From contig LFCQ01000003.1 of the NCBI GenBank assembly GCA_001189195.1, positions 207,791 to 271,790 on the forward strand: a stretch of 64,000 bases of DNA, written 5' to 3'. Position 1 is the stretch's first letter. Each line of letters opens with the position of its first letter. Below the pieces are notes generated by a model that was given only the letters and a program-made list of their open reading frames with translations, did not search any database and was not told the DNA's origin. This document shows, piece by piece, positions 27,345 to 35,409 of the stretch. Source of the stretch: Parcubacteria bacterium C7867-007. Lineage in GTDB: Bacteria > Patescibacteriota > Minisyncoccia > Phycocordibacterales > Phycocordibacteraceae. The position numbers were made by a program, and so were the translations under genes.

Positions 27345-27806
27345 ATGAAATCTGAATCCCGGTACTGGCTCGTTAAATCTGAGCCCTCCTCATACTCCAT
27401 TGATGATTTGAAGGTGGACAAAAAGACTTCTTGGACGGGTGTTCGTAACTATACAGCTCGAAACTTTATGCGTGATGCTATGAAGCAAGGTGATCCGGTT
27501 CTCTTCTATCATTCCAGCTGCCCTGTTCCGGGTGTGTATGGTATTGCGAAGGTTGTATCTAAATCATATCCAGACCCCACTCAGTTTGACCCCGCGTCTC
27601 CCTACTACGATCCGAAAGCAACTGAAGAGAAACCTATTTGGTATTTGGTTGATATTGGCTTTGTTGCAAAGCTAAAGGACCCCGTTACGTTAGACGCGAT
27701 GAAGAAGGACAAGAGATTGCAGAACATGACGTTGCTTCAGCGAGGAAATAGGTTGTCTGTGATGGAAGTTAGAGCTAATGAGTTTGTGGCAATTGAATCG
27801 TCTTAG
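27345..27806 (+). CDS. EVE-domain (PUA-like) protein
   Basis: RYWLVKSEPSSYSIDDL...WTGVRNYTARNFMRDAMKQGDPVLFYHSS...GVYGIAKVVS is the canonical EVE/THYN1 signature. Confidence 0.75.
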   Translation: MKSESRYWLVKSEPSSYSIDDLKVDKKTSWTGVRNYTARNFMRDAMKQGDPVLFYHSSCPVPGVYGIAKVVSKSYPDPTQFDPASPYYDPKATEEKPIWYLVDIGFVAKLKDPVTLDAMKKDKRLQNMTLLQRGNRLSVMEVRANEFVAIESS

Positions 27807-27847
27807 ATTGCTGGGTGTTTGGGGGCTAAAATATAAATATAAGTATA

Positions 27848-27890
27848 TAAAAACAACAGCCTGCTCGTATGCAGGCTGTTGTCCAATATA
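27848..27890. terminator. bidirectional terminator between convergent EVE gene and rpoD
   Basis: aaaaACAACAGCCTGC-tcgtat-GCAGGCTGTTGT followed by ccaatataat. Confidence 0.65.
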
Positions 27891-27906
27891 ATAACTATGC
27901 TAGAAA

Positions 27907-29202
27907 CTAATAACTCTTAAGACGTCGAGACTTCTCATGAGTCCTGATCTTCTCAAGTGCCTTTGCTTCAATCTGACGAATACGCTCACGGGTAACACCA
28001 AACTCCTTGCCTACTTCCTCAAGGGTGTGGTACACACCGTCGAGTAGACCATGGCGCATTTCAAGAATCTTGCGCTCCTTTGGTGAGAGGTCGTCGAGAA
28101 TGTCACGCACCTGTTCTGTGAGGATACGCTCAGATGATTCCTGAACCGGAGATGGAATCTTATCATCTGCAATAAAGTCTCCGAGGGTAGACTGATCATC
28201 ACCGTCAGAACCAACGGGATTCTCAAGTGAAAGAGTGTCCTGATTGATCTTCTCAATCTGGTAGATCTTATCTACCTCAACACCCATCTCAATAGCGATT
28301 TCTTCAGGCTGTGGGTCACGACCAAGTGCCTGTGCGAGACGGCGTGATACCTGCTTGTATTTAGCGATGGTCTCAACCATGTGCACAGGAATACGAATGG
28401 TGCGGGATTGGTCTGCAAGGGCACGAGTGATAGCCTGACGGATCCACCATGTTGCATAGGTTGAGAACTTGTATCCTTTCTTCCAATCGAACTTGTCTAC
28501 GGCCTTAAAGAGACCCAGGTTACCCTCTTGAATAAGGTCGAGGAGCGTGAGGTCAGGAGAACGACCTACGTACTTCTTTGCGATAGACACCACAAGACGA
28601 AGGTTTGAACGGGCAAGAATATTGCGTGCCTCTGCATCTCCCGCATCTATACGCTTTGCGAGTTCCTTCTCTTCTGCACCCGTAAGAAGTGGGTACTGGC
28701 CAATCTCACGAAGATAGATTTGGATGGAGTCGTATCCAGAAGACTCACGACCTTTGATGTTACGGGTTGCGAGATATTCATCTGCATTGTCTTCGAGCAT
28801 ACCTCCTTCAAGGATATCGATGCCTGCAATGGTGAAACGCTCATAAAGGTCATCGAGGAAGGATACGTCCTCTTCTACATGCGGGAACTCCTTAAGGATT
28901 TCACTGTATGTGATGTATCCACGCTCCTTGCCTTTCGCGATAAGGCGAGTTGCTTTGTCCTGGTTTGCCGCAGCAGCTTTTGCCTTAACACCCGTAACAG
29001 CAGCACGCACTACGTTCGCTGCACGGACATTCTTAGCAGCTTTCTTTGGTGCTGCTTTCTTAACAACCTTTTTGGGTGCAGCCTTCTTAACCACCTTCTT
29101 TGCAGGCTTTACCATTTTCTTGACTACTTTCTTAGGAGCAGCCTTCTTCACAACTTTCTTGGGTGAAGACTTTTTCACCACCTTCTTCTTTGCGGTAGGC
29201 AT
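27907..29202 (-). CDS. rpoD: RNA polymerase sigma-70 factor with N-terminal Lys/Ala/Pro-rich (histone H1-like) repeat domain
   Basis: Regions 2-4 are present ([38 protein letters not shown]; region 4 [21 protein letters not shown]). The N-terminal ~70 aa consist of ([11 protein letters not shown])n repeats. Confidence 0.9.
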   Translation of the reverse strand: MPTAKKKVVKKSSPKKVVKKAAPKKVVKKMVKPAKKVVKKAAPKKVVKKAAPKKAAKNVRAANVVRAAVTGVKAKAAAANQDKATRLIAKGKERGYITYSEILKEFPHVEEDVSFLDDLYERFTIAGIDILEGGMLEDNADEYLATRNIKGRESSGYDSIQIYLREIGQYPLLTGAEEKELAKRIDAGDAEARNILARSNLRLVVSIAKKYVGRSPDLTLLDLIQEGNLGLFKAVDKFDWKKGYKFSTYATWWIRQAITRALADQSRTIRIPVHMVETIAKYKQVSRRLAQALGRDPQPEEIAIEMGVEVDKIYQIEKINQDTLSLENPVGSDGDDQSTLGDFIADDKIPSPVQESSERILTEQVRDILDDLSPKERKILEMRHGLLDGVYHTLEEVGKEFGVTRERIRQIEAKALEKIRTHEKSRRLKSY

Positions 29203-29243
29203 AGGGAAAATGTATTAGGGAGATAATGTAGAAAATATAAAAA

Positions 29244-30959
29244 CTACCGAACAGAATTTAGAGTTGCGAGCTGTGCACTTAGTGCACGAAAAGTATGCAT
29301 CGCTTCTGTAATGGATTCCTGATCACCCTGAGCTTCAGCAGTACGTAGCTGTTTGGTTGCTTCGTTTAGCTTAGCAGAAAGGACTGTTTGTTCGAACATC
29401 TGGAGCAATTCATCGCCCGCGTGTTGGTCTGGCGTCTCCCCGTAGGTGAGTCCCGCCTCAAAAAGGGCTCGCTCATCCACTGGTAAATCCAGCGAATCGT
29501 CAGCGCCTGTAATTCGAGTATATTCGGTCTTAAGGCGATCCGCAAGAGCAGTTCCCGCATAGGCCTGTATAACCGCTATAACCATGCCTCTTCGCACCTC
29601 AAGAACGGATGAAGGTACTGCGCTGCCTGAAAGTGTGGACACAGATAGTGGGGACTTCTCTTCTGGAGCAACCTCAAGTCTTGGGAGGGCACGTCGCACT
29701 GCTTCTGGTGTGGAGTTCACGGCTCGAGCGATGATGTCTATAAAACGATTCTGCTCTAGGGAACTTTTCACTGCCACAACAAGTGGAAGGACTATTCCCT
29801 CCACCGCTCGAAGGAGACGTGTCTCATCTTTCTCCTGAGCTGAGAGTACAGCAAGGAAGAATTCAATGATGCTCTTTGCATCCTTAGCGAGATTGGTAAA
29901 CGCATGCGCATCTTCACTCACGATATCTGCAGGATCTTTCCCTTCTGGCATACGAATAGCTTTCACACGCATACCGGCAAGCAAGGCAGCGCGTGCACTT
30001 TTGGCACTGGCTGCCAACCCTGCACGATCAGAGTCTAGACAGAGCATAAGGTTATCTGCATACCGTTTAATGAGCGAGAGGTGCTGTGTGGAGAGTGCGG
30101 TGCCAGAAAGAGCGATGGTGTTTGTGAATCCAGCTTGATGCAAAAGTATAAGATCAAACTGTCCTTCCACTAGGATAGCGAATCCTCTCTGGCGAATGGC
30201 ATCCTTGGCACGGTCCATACCAAAGAGAACTTCAGACTTCTTGAAGAGATCAGTTTCTGGAGAGTTCAGGTACTTTGCCTGGTCATCAGGGCTGAGTGCA
30301 CGGCCTGTAAAGGCGACAGTGCGTCCTGCTGCATCACGTATGGGAAACATGAGACGGTTCCTAAAACGGTCATAGAATGTACCTCGTTTCTCATCTGCCT
30401 CTTTCACCAGACCTGCAGCAGTTAGTTCAGGAAGCGTGAATCCTTCGCTGGTGAGAGACTCTAGAAGACTACGCCAGCCATCGGGAGCAAGGCCGAGATT
30501 CCATGCCGCTATGGTTTCTTTGGTGAGACCACGCTTTGCCGCGTATGCATATGCATCCGTACCTTCACCCAGTGCAGTTGAGAAATATACCTCTGCTTTC
30601 CCCATTGCTTCACGCAATCGTTCAACACGATCCTTTGAAGCACGATTCTCTGCACTTCCCTGGTACACAATCTCAATACCTGCTTTCTCTGCAAGAATCT
30701 TTAGTGCACCTTTGAAGTCCACACCCTCCATTGCTTGAATGAATGAAAATTGATCTCCTCCCTGACTAGAGGAGAAACAGTAGTACGAACCACGTTCTGG
30801 GTTTACGTAAAAGGAGGGGGTCTTTTCTTTATTAAAAGGTGATAGCCCACGATAGTACTTTCCTGCCTTTGTGAGCTTAACGTATGGAGAAATAACCTCG
30901 ACTATCGAGAGCTTATCCTTCACCTGCTGTACGGTATCTTCCCCAGCCATTTCCTTCAT
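29244..30959 (-). CDS. dnaG: DNA primase
   Basis: Zn-ribbon (YYCFSSSQGGDQFSF...), Toprim (ILVEGQFDLILLHQAGF...CLDSDRAG). Lies upstream of rpoD in the conserved MMS-operon arrangement. Confidence 0.9.
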   Translation of the reverse strand: MKEMAGEDTVQQVKDKLSIVEVISPYVKLTKAGKYYRGLSPFNKEKTPSFYVNPERGSYYCFSSSQGGDQFSFIQAMEGVDFKGALKILAEKAGIEIVYQGSAENRASKDRVERLREAMGKAEVYFSTALGEGTDAYAYAAKRGLTKETIAAWNLGLAPDGWRSLLESLTSEGFTLPELTAAGLVKEADEKRGTFYDRFRNRLMFPIRDAAGRTVAFTGRALSPDDQAKYLNSPETDLFKKSEVLFGMDRAKDAIRQRGFAILVEGQFDLILLHQAGFTNTIALSGTALSTQHLSLIKRYADNLMLCLDSDRAGLAASAKSARAALLAGMRVKAIRMPEGKDPADIVSEDAHAFTNLAKDAKSIIEFFLAVLSAQEKDETRLLRAVEGIVLPLVVAVKSSLEQNRFIDIIARAVNSTPEAVRRALPRLEVAPEEKSPLSVSTLSGSAVPSSVLEVRRGMVIAVIQAYAGTALADRLKTEYTRITGADDSLDLPVDERALFEAGLTYGETPDQHAGDELLQMFEQTVLSAKLNEATKQLRTAEAQGDQESITEAMHTFRALSAQLATLNSVR

Positions 30960-31072
30960 TCTACTCCAGAACGGAATTCACAGCACAAGTGTAAAAAGAT
31001 GGCCCCCGACGCGCAATGCGTCGGGGTGCCGTTGGGCGTCTCTTGCGAGACATTCTGGTCCGGAAGGTGGAC

Positions 31073-31261
31073 CTACTGGGTGGCGACCTGGTGGGTCACC
31101 GCGCCGACGCCGTTGTCCTGCTGCAGGCCGACCAGGGTGCGGGCGGCAGTGGCCGGCTGGCCGGTGTCGGTCGACGGAGCGGCGATGCTCTGCACGGTCG
31201 GGGCGCCGAAGGTGAGGGAGGAAACGAGCGCCATGTGGCGCGTGGTGCGATGGGAACTCAT
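31073..31261 (-). CDS. small high-GC ORF with signal-peptide-like N-terminus (hypothetical secreted peptide)
   Basis: MSSHRTTRHMALVSSLTFGAPTVQSIAAPSTDTGQPATAARTL...VATQ*. GC is ~65% versus ~50% nearby. It has its own terminator (CCCCGACGC-attgc-GCGTCGGGG + T-run, minus strand, ~31010-31045). Confidence 0.35.
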   Translation of the reverse strand: MSSHRTTRHMALVSSLTFGAPTVQSIAAPSTDTGQPATAARTLVGLQQDNGVGAVTHQVATQ

Positions 31262-31394
31262 GGGAACCTCGCTCGAAAGGACAGTTTTATCGAGGCGGAC
31301 GCCACGACTCACTCACTATACTCCTGTTCATGAAGACTGCAAGAACTTATACACAGATAAAGAAAAACGGCCTTTCGGCCGTCTTTCTAAGATA

Positions 31395-31524
31395 TCCTCG
31401 CTTATTTGCGGATTTCCCTCATCACTAGTAATACTATTCCTCAACGCAATAACCGTCAACATAATTGCGCCGGTGGAGGGACTTGAACCCTCGAGGATAT
31501 CTTGATGAGGGAAATCCTCGCAAA
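31395..31524. repeat. ~19-bp imperfect inverted repeat (ttgcgGAtttccctcatca / tgatgagggaaaTCCTcgcaa) flanking an ~88-bp core that contains a tRNA-like T-arm
   Basis: Arms are at 31395-31414 and 31503-31524; rc(right) = ttgcgAGGAtttccctcatca. Confidence 0.5.
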
Positions 31525-31536
31525 CCTGCCACCGAC
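31466..31536 (-). tRNA. tRNA-like element (canonical T-arm GAGGG-TTCAAGT-CCCTC and a 7-bp acceptor, but no clean D/anticodon arms)
   Basis: The minus-strand read is GTCGGTG GC ...GAGGGTTCAAGTCCCTC CACCGGC G CA. The acceptor pairs 7/7 with one G-U. The middle instead forms a 6-bp GAGGAT/ATCCTC stem with a 15-nt loop. Confidence 0.3.
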
Positions 31537-31651
31537 TCAAACAGGATATAAAAGGTGTGATGACGGCACGGTCCAAGGAAAATAAACTCTCACTGAATAA
31601 AAAGAACACTGCCCTTTCGAGCAGTGTTCTTTTTAAAACTTTGTTGGCAGG

Positions 31652-34600
31652 TTATGCCTTGAATGCAACACCTGGTGCTTCCACCTCTTCATCCTCACGA
31701 GGCATGCGCGCTGCACGAGCTGCCTGAAGGGCGTCGATAGACGCGCGCTTCTTGCTACCCTTGAAGCCGGTACCTGCTGGGATGAGACGTCCGAGAATCA
31801 CGTTCTCCTTAAGACCACGGAGGGTGTCTGTTGAACCCTTAAGCGCAGCATTAATGAGAATCTTTGTGGTCTGCTCGAATGATGCCGCGGAGAGGAAGGA
31901 ACGGCGCGAGAGCGCAGACTCCTTAATACCGAGTACCATTTCACGTGCTGAAGGAGGGATCTTGCCCTGGTCTTCCATGGCCTTCACTTCCTGCTCCATC
32001 TCCCAGTGCTCGATAACATCATTGATGGACCACTCTGAGTCACCGGTAACGGTAACCTTCGCGCGTGAGAACATCTGACGTACGACCACTTCGAGGTGCT
32101 TGCGAGAAACTGATGCGCCCTGGAGTTCATAGATCTTCGAAGTCTCAGTGATGATGTACTCCTGTACCGCAGCGCGGCCAGCGTACTCAAAGAGCTCATC
32201 GAGGTCTACGGAACCGTCCGTGAGGAGCTGTCCGCGGGTTACCGCTTCACCTTCCTTCACGAATGACTGACGAGGATACGGTGCAACGTATTCGATTGCA
32301 GTACCGTTCTTCTTACCCTGTCCAACCTCTGGCTGAACAACGATAACCTTGTCACGACCCTGATCACGAATCTCCGTTACCATACCGTCCGTCTTAGAAA
32401 CGGTTGCTGGATTCTTAGGAGAACGCTTCTCGAAGAGTTCCTCAACACGAGGGAGACCCTGGGTGATGTCTCCACCAACAGACGCAGTACCACCAGCGTG
32501 GAAGGTACGCATAGTGAGCTGGGTTCCCGGCTCGCCGATAGCCTGTGCAGCCACCGTACCTACTGCTTCACCAAGATCAACCATGACCTGAGTGGTGAGA
32601 TCCATACCATAACAAGCGGCACAGATACCGTAGCGTGTCTCGCAAGACATCGGTGATAGTACCTGCACGGTCTGGATAGAATCATCAGCAGCGATAGCAC
32701 GTGCGTCATCTGCGGTTAGGTAGTGACGGGTCTTGAAGCCACCTGCGGGTGCAGATAGAACACGGCCACGTGTGCTTTCTGCGAAGTCGATCTTGATACC
32801 GGAAGCCGATACACGATTGATCGCAACTCCACGCTTGGTACCACAGTCTGTTTCAGTGATGATGGAGTCCTGAGCAACGTCGAAGAGACGACGGGTGAGG
32901 TATCCAGCACGAGCAGTACCGAGTGCAGTGTCGGTAAGTCCCTTACGGGCACCGTGCGTACTCATGAAGTACTCGAGTGGGTTAAGACCTTCAGTCATAG
33001 AAGACACAATCGGCACTTCAATAGTCTCACCAGCAGTGTTCTGGATAAGACCCTTCATACCCGCCATCTGCGTTAGGTTACCCATCGAACCGCGGGCACC
33101 AGAAGTCACCATGTCTGAGACAGAACCCATAGGATCCAGTGCCTCACCGACAAGTGCCTCAACTTCCTGCTTGGTTCCGTGCCATACCTCAATAACCATA
33201 CGGCGCTTCTCCTCTTCAGAAAGAAGACCATCCTTGAAGTCACCTTCAATCTTTGCAATCTTCTCACGTGCTGCAGAGATAACCTCTGCCTTGCCTGCAG
33301 GAACCTTAACGTCGTCGAGACTCCATGACACACCAGACTTGGTTGCATACTCGAAACCGAACTTCTTGATCTTGTTCACGATGCCCGGAATAGCGTCGAG
33401 ACCGTAGCGTACGATGCTGTCTGCCATGATGCTTGAGAGCACTTTCTTGGTGATTGCATCATTAACGTACGGGTAGTCGCCCGGAAGCACCGTGTTGAAG
33501 AGAAGACGTCCTACGGTTGTCTCGAAGGTCTTTCCTTCAAACGGTGCATACTTCACCTTTTCCGTAGTTGGAAGCACGTGGATCTTCGCGCGAAGATCGA
33601 TCCCGTCATACTCGTACGCGAGAATAGCTGCGTTAGGAGACGCGAAGTACTCGCCTTCTCCCTTAGCACCCGGAACTTCCTTGGTGAGCCAATAGGTTCC
33701 AAGTACGATGTCGAGCGGCTTCTGCGTCATAACGATCATCTCACCAGAACCTGGTTTGAGAATGTTCTTGTTTGCAGACATGATGTTTGCTGCCTCCCAT
33801 TGTGCTTCCTCAGAAAGGGGTACGTGGATAGCCATCTGGTCTCCGTCGAAGTCTGCGTTGAACGCGGGACAAACGAGTGGGTGAAGCTGAATAGCATCAC
33901 CTTCGATAAGACGAGGACGGAATGCCTGGATACCCTGACGGTGAAGTGTTGGGGCACGGTTCAAGAGAACGTGCTTGCCCATGATCGCCTCTTCAAGAAT
34001 CTCCCATACTTCTGGTACACCGTCTTCGATAAGACGACCTGCACCACGGATGTTAAAGGCAAGTTCACGCTCAAGGAGTCCTGCAATAACGAATGGGCGG
34101 AAGAGCTCAAGTGCCATGTGCTTAGGGAGACCACACTCATCGAGTTCGAGGTCTGGGCCCACCACAATCACGGAACGACCTGAGTAGTCCACACGCTTTC
34201 CGAGAAGGTTCTGGCGGAAGTACCCCTGCTTTCCCTTTAGGTAGTCTGCAAGAGATTTAAGCGGACGACGCTGTGCTGGAGTGAGTGCTCCACCGGATGC
34301 ACCGCTCTTACGAATAGAATTGTCGAGAAGTGCGTCAACTGCCTCCTGAAGGATACGCTTCTCGTTACGAAGGATCACTTCTGGTGCATGGATGTCGAGC
34401 AGCTTCTTAAGACGGTTGTTGCGGTTGATCACACGGCGGTAGAGGTCGTTAACGTCAGACGTTGCATGACGACCACCTTCCAGTGCGACCATCGGACGAA
34501 GTGCCGGTGGGATAACAGGAATCTTGGTGAGGAACATCCACTCAGGACGTACGCCTGCAGCGATCATGTTCGCGATAAGCGAGATACGCTTTGCGAGTTT

Positions 34601-35386
34601 CTCACGCTCTGCTGCACCAGCCTTAGTGTATCGCTCTTCAAGGGTGTCCTTGAGCTTAACAAGATCGAGGGTGCGGAAGATATCGTAGATAGCCTCAGCT
34701 CCGATCTTCGCCTCGAAGAGTGTGCCGTACTTCACCGAGAAACGGTGGTATGACATTTCATCGAATACCTTTCCAACTACCACAGAGTCTATTTCAGACT
34801 TTGCAGTGGTCATGCGCTCCTTAAGAGCATCACGTGCAGCATCGGTTTCAGATGCCTTGTGCTTGGTCTTGTACTCGCTTTCAAGTTCGTTAAGAAGGCG
34901 CTTCTTAGTATCTTCGTTTACTTTCGTAACAATGTATCCTGCGAAGTAGATAACCTTCTCGAGTTCAGCGGATGGTACACCAAGGAGCTGCGCCATGCGT
35001 GATGGCATAGAGCGAAGGAACCAGATGTGTGCGACTGGAGAGACGAGTTCAATGTGGCCCATGCGCTCACGGCGCACGATGCTGCGGGTGATTTCCACAC
35101 CACACTTGTCACACACGATACCCTTGTATCGAATACCCTTGTACTTGCCGCAGTAACATTCGTAGTCACGTTCAGGTCCAAAGATCTTCTCATCGAAGAG
35201 TCCGTGCTTTTCTGAGCGCTGTGTACGGTAGTTAATAGTTTCTGGTTTGGTGATCTCACCACGAGACCACTCAAGAATGCGTTCTGGTGATGCGATCGAG
35301 AGACGGAGTGCGTTCCAGTCGTTGCGACGGGGACCGCGAGGTGCAGAACCGTCGTTCTTCTTTCCTGAGAATGATGTTGGTGCCAT
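31652..35386 (-). CDS. rpoC: DNA-directed RNA polymerase subunit beta'
   Basis: 1244 aa. Zn-finger CxxC...CxxC near the N-terminus, NADFDGD catalytic motif (AFNADFDGDQMAIHVPLS), and trigger loop/bridge helix regions. Confidence 0.95.
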   Translation of the reverse strand: MAPTSFSGKKNDGSAPRGPRRNDWNALRLSIASPERILEWSRGEITKPETINYRTQRSEKHGLFDEKIFGPERDYECYCGKYKGIRYKGIVCDKCGVEITRSIVRRERMGHIELVSPVAHIWFLRSMPSRMAQLLGVPSAELEKVIYFAGYIVTKVNEDTKKRLLNELESEYKTKHKASETDAARDALKERMTTAKSEIDSVVVGKVFDEMSYHRFSVKYGTLFEAKIGAEAIYDIFRTLDLVKLKDTLEERYTKAGAAEREKLAKRISLIANMIAAGVRPEWMFLTKIPVIPPALRPMVALEGGRHATSDVNDLYRRVINRNNRLKKLLDIHAPEVILRNEKRILQEAVDALLDNSIRKSGASGGALTPAQRRPLKSLADYLKGKQGYFRQNLLGKRVDYSGRSVIVVGPDLELDECGLPKHMALELFRPFVIAGLLERELAFNIRGAGRLIEDGVPEVWEILEEAIMGKHVLLNRAPTLHRQGIQAFRPRLIEGDAIQLHPLVCPAFNADFDGDQMAIHVPLSEEAQWEAANIMSANKNILKPGSGEMIVMTQKPLDIVLGTYWLTKEVPGAKGEGEYFASPNAAILAYEYDGIDLRAKIHVLPTTEKVKYAPFEGKTFETTVGRLLFNTVLPGDYPYVNDAITKKVLSSIMADSIVRYGLDAIPGIVNKIKKFGFEYATKSGVSWSLDDVKVPAGKAEVISAAREKIAKIEGDFKDGLLSEEEKRRMVIEVWHGTKQEVEALVGEALDPMGSVSDMVTSGARGSMGNLTQMAGMKGLIQNTAGETIEVPIVSSMTEGLNPLEYFMSTHGARKGLTDTALGTARAGYLTRRLFDVAQDSIITETDCGTKRGVAINRVSASGIKIDFAESTRGRVLSAPAGGFKTRHYLTADDARAIAADDSIQTVQVLSPMSCETRYGICAACYGMDLTTQVMVDLGEAVGTVAAQAIGEPGTQLTMRTFHAGGTASVGGDITQGLPRVEELFEKRSPKNPATVSKTDGMVTEIRDQGRDKVIVVQPEVGQGKKNGTAIEYVAPYPRQSFVKEGEAVTRGQLLTDGSVDLDELFEYAGRAAVQEYIITETSKIYELQGASVSRKHLEVVVRQMFSRAKVTVTGDSEWSINDVIEHWEMEQEVKAMEDQGKIPPSAREMVLGIKESALSRRSFLSAASFEQTTKILINAALKGSTDTLRGLKENVILGRLIPAGTGFKGSKKRASIDALQAARAARMPREDEEVEAPGVAFKA

Positions 35387-35409
35387 AGAGGTGGAATTAG
35401 AAGATACGA

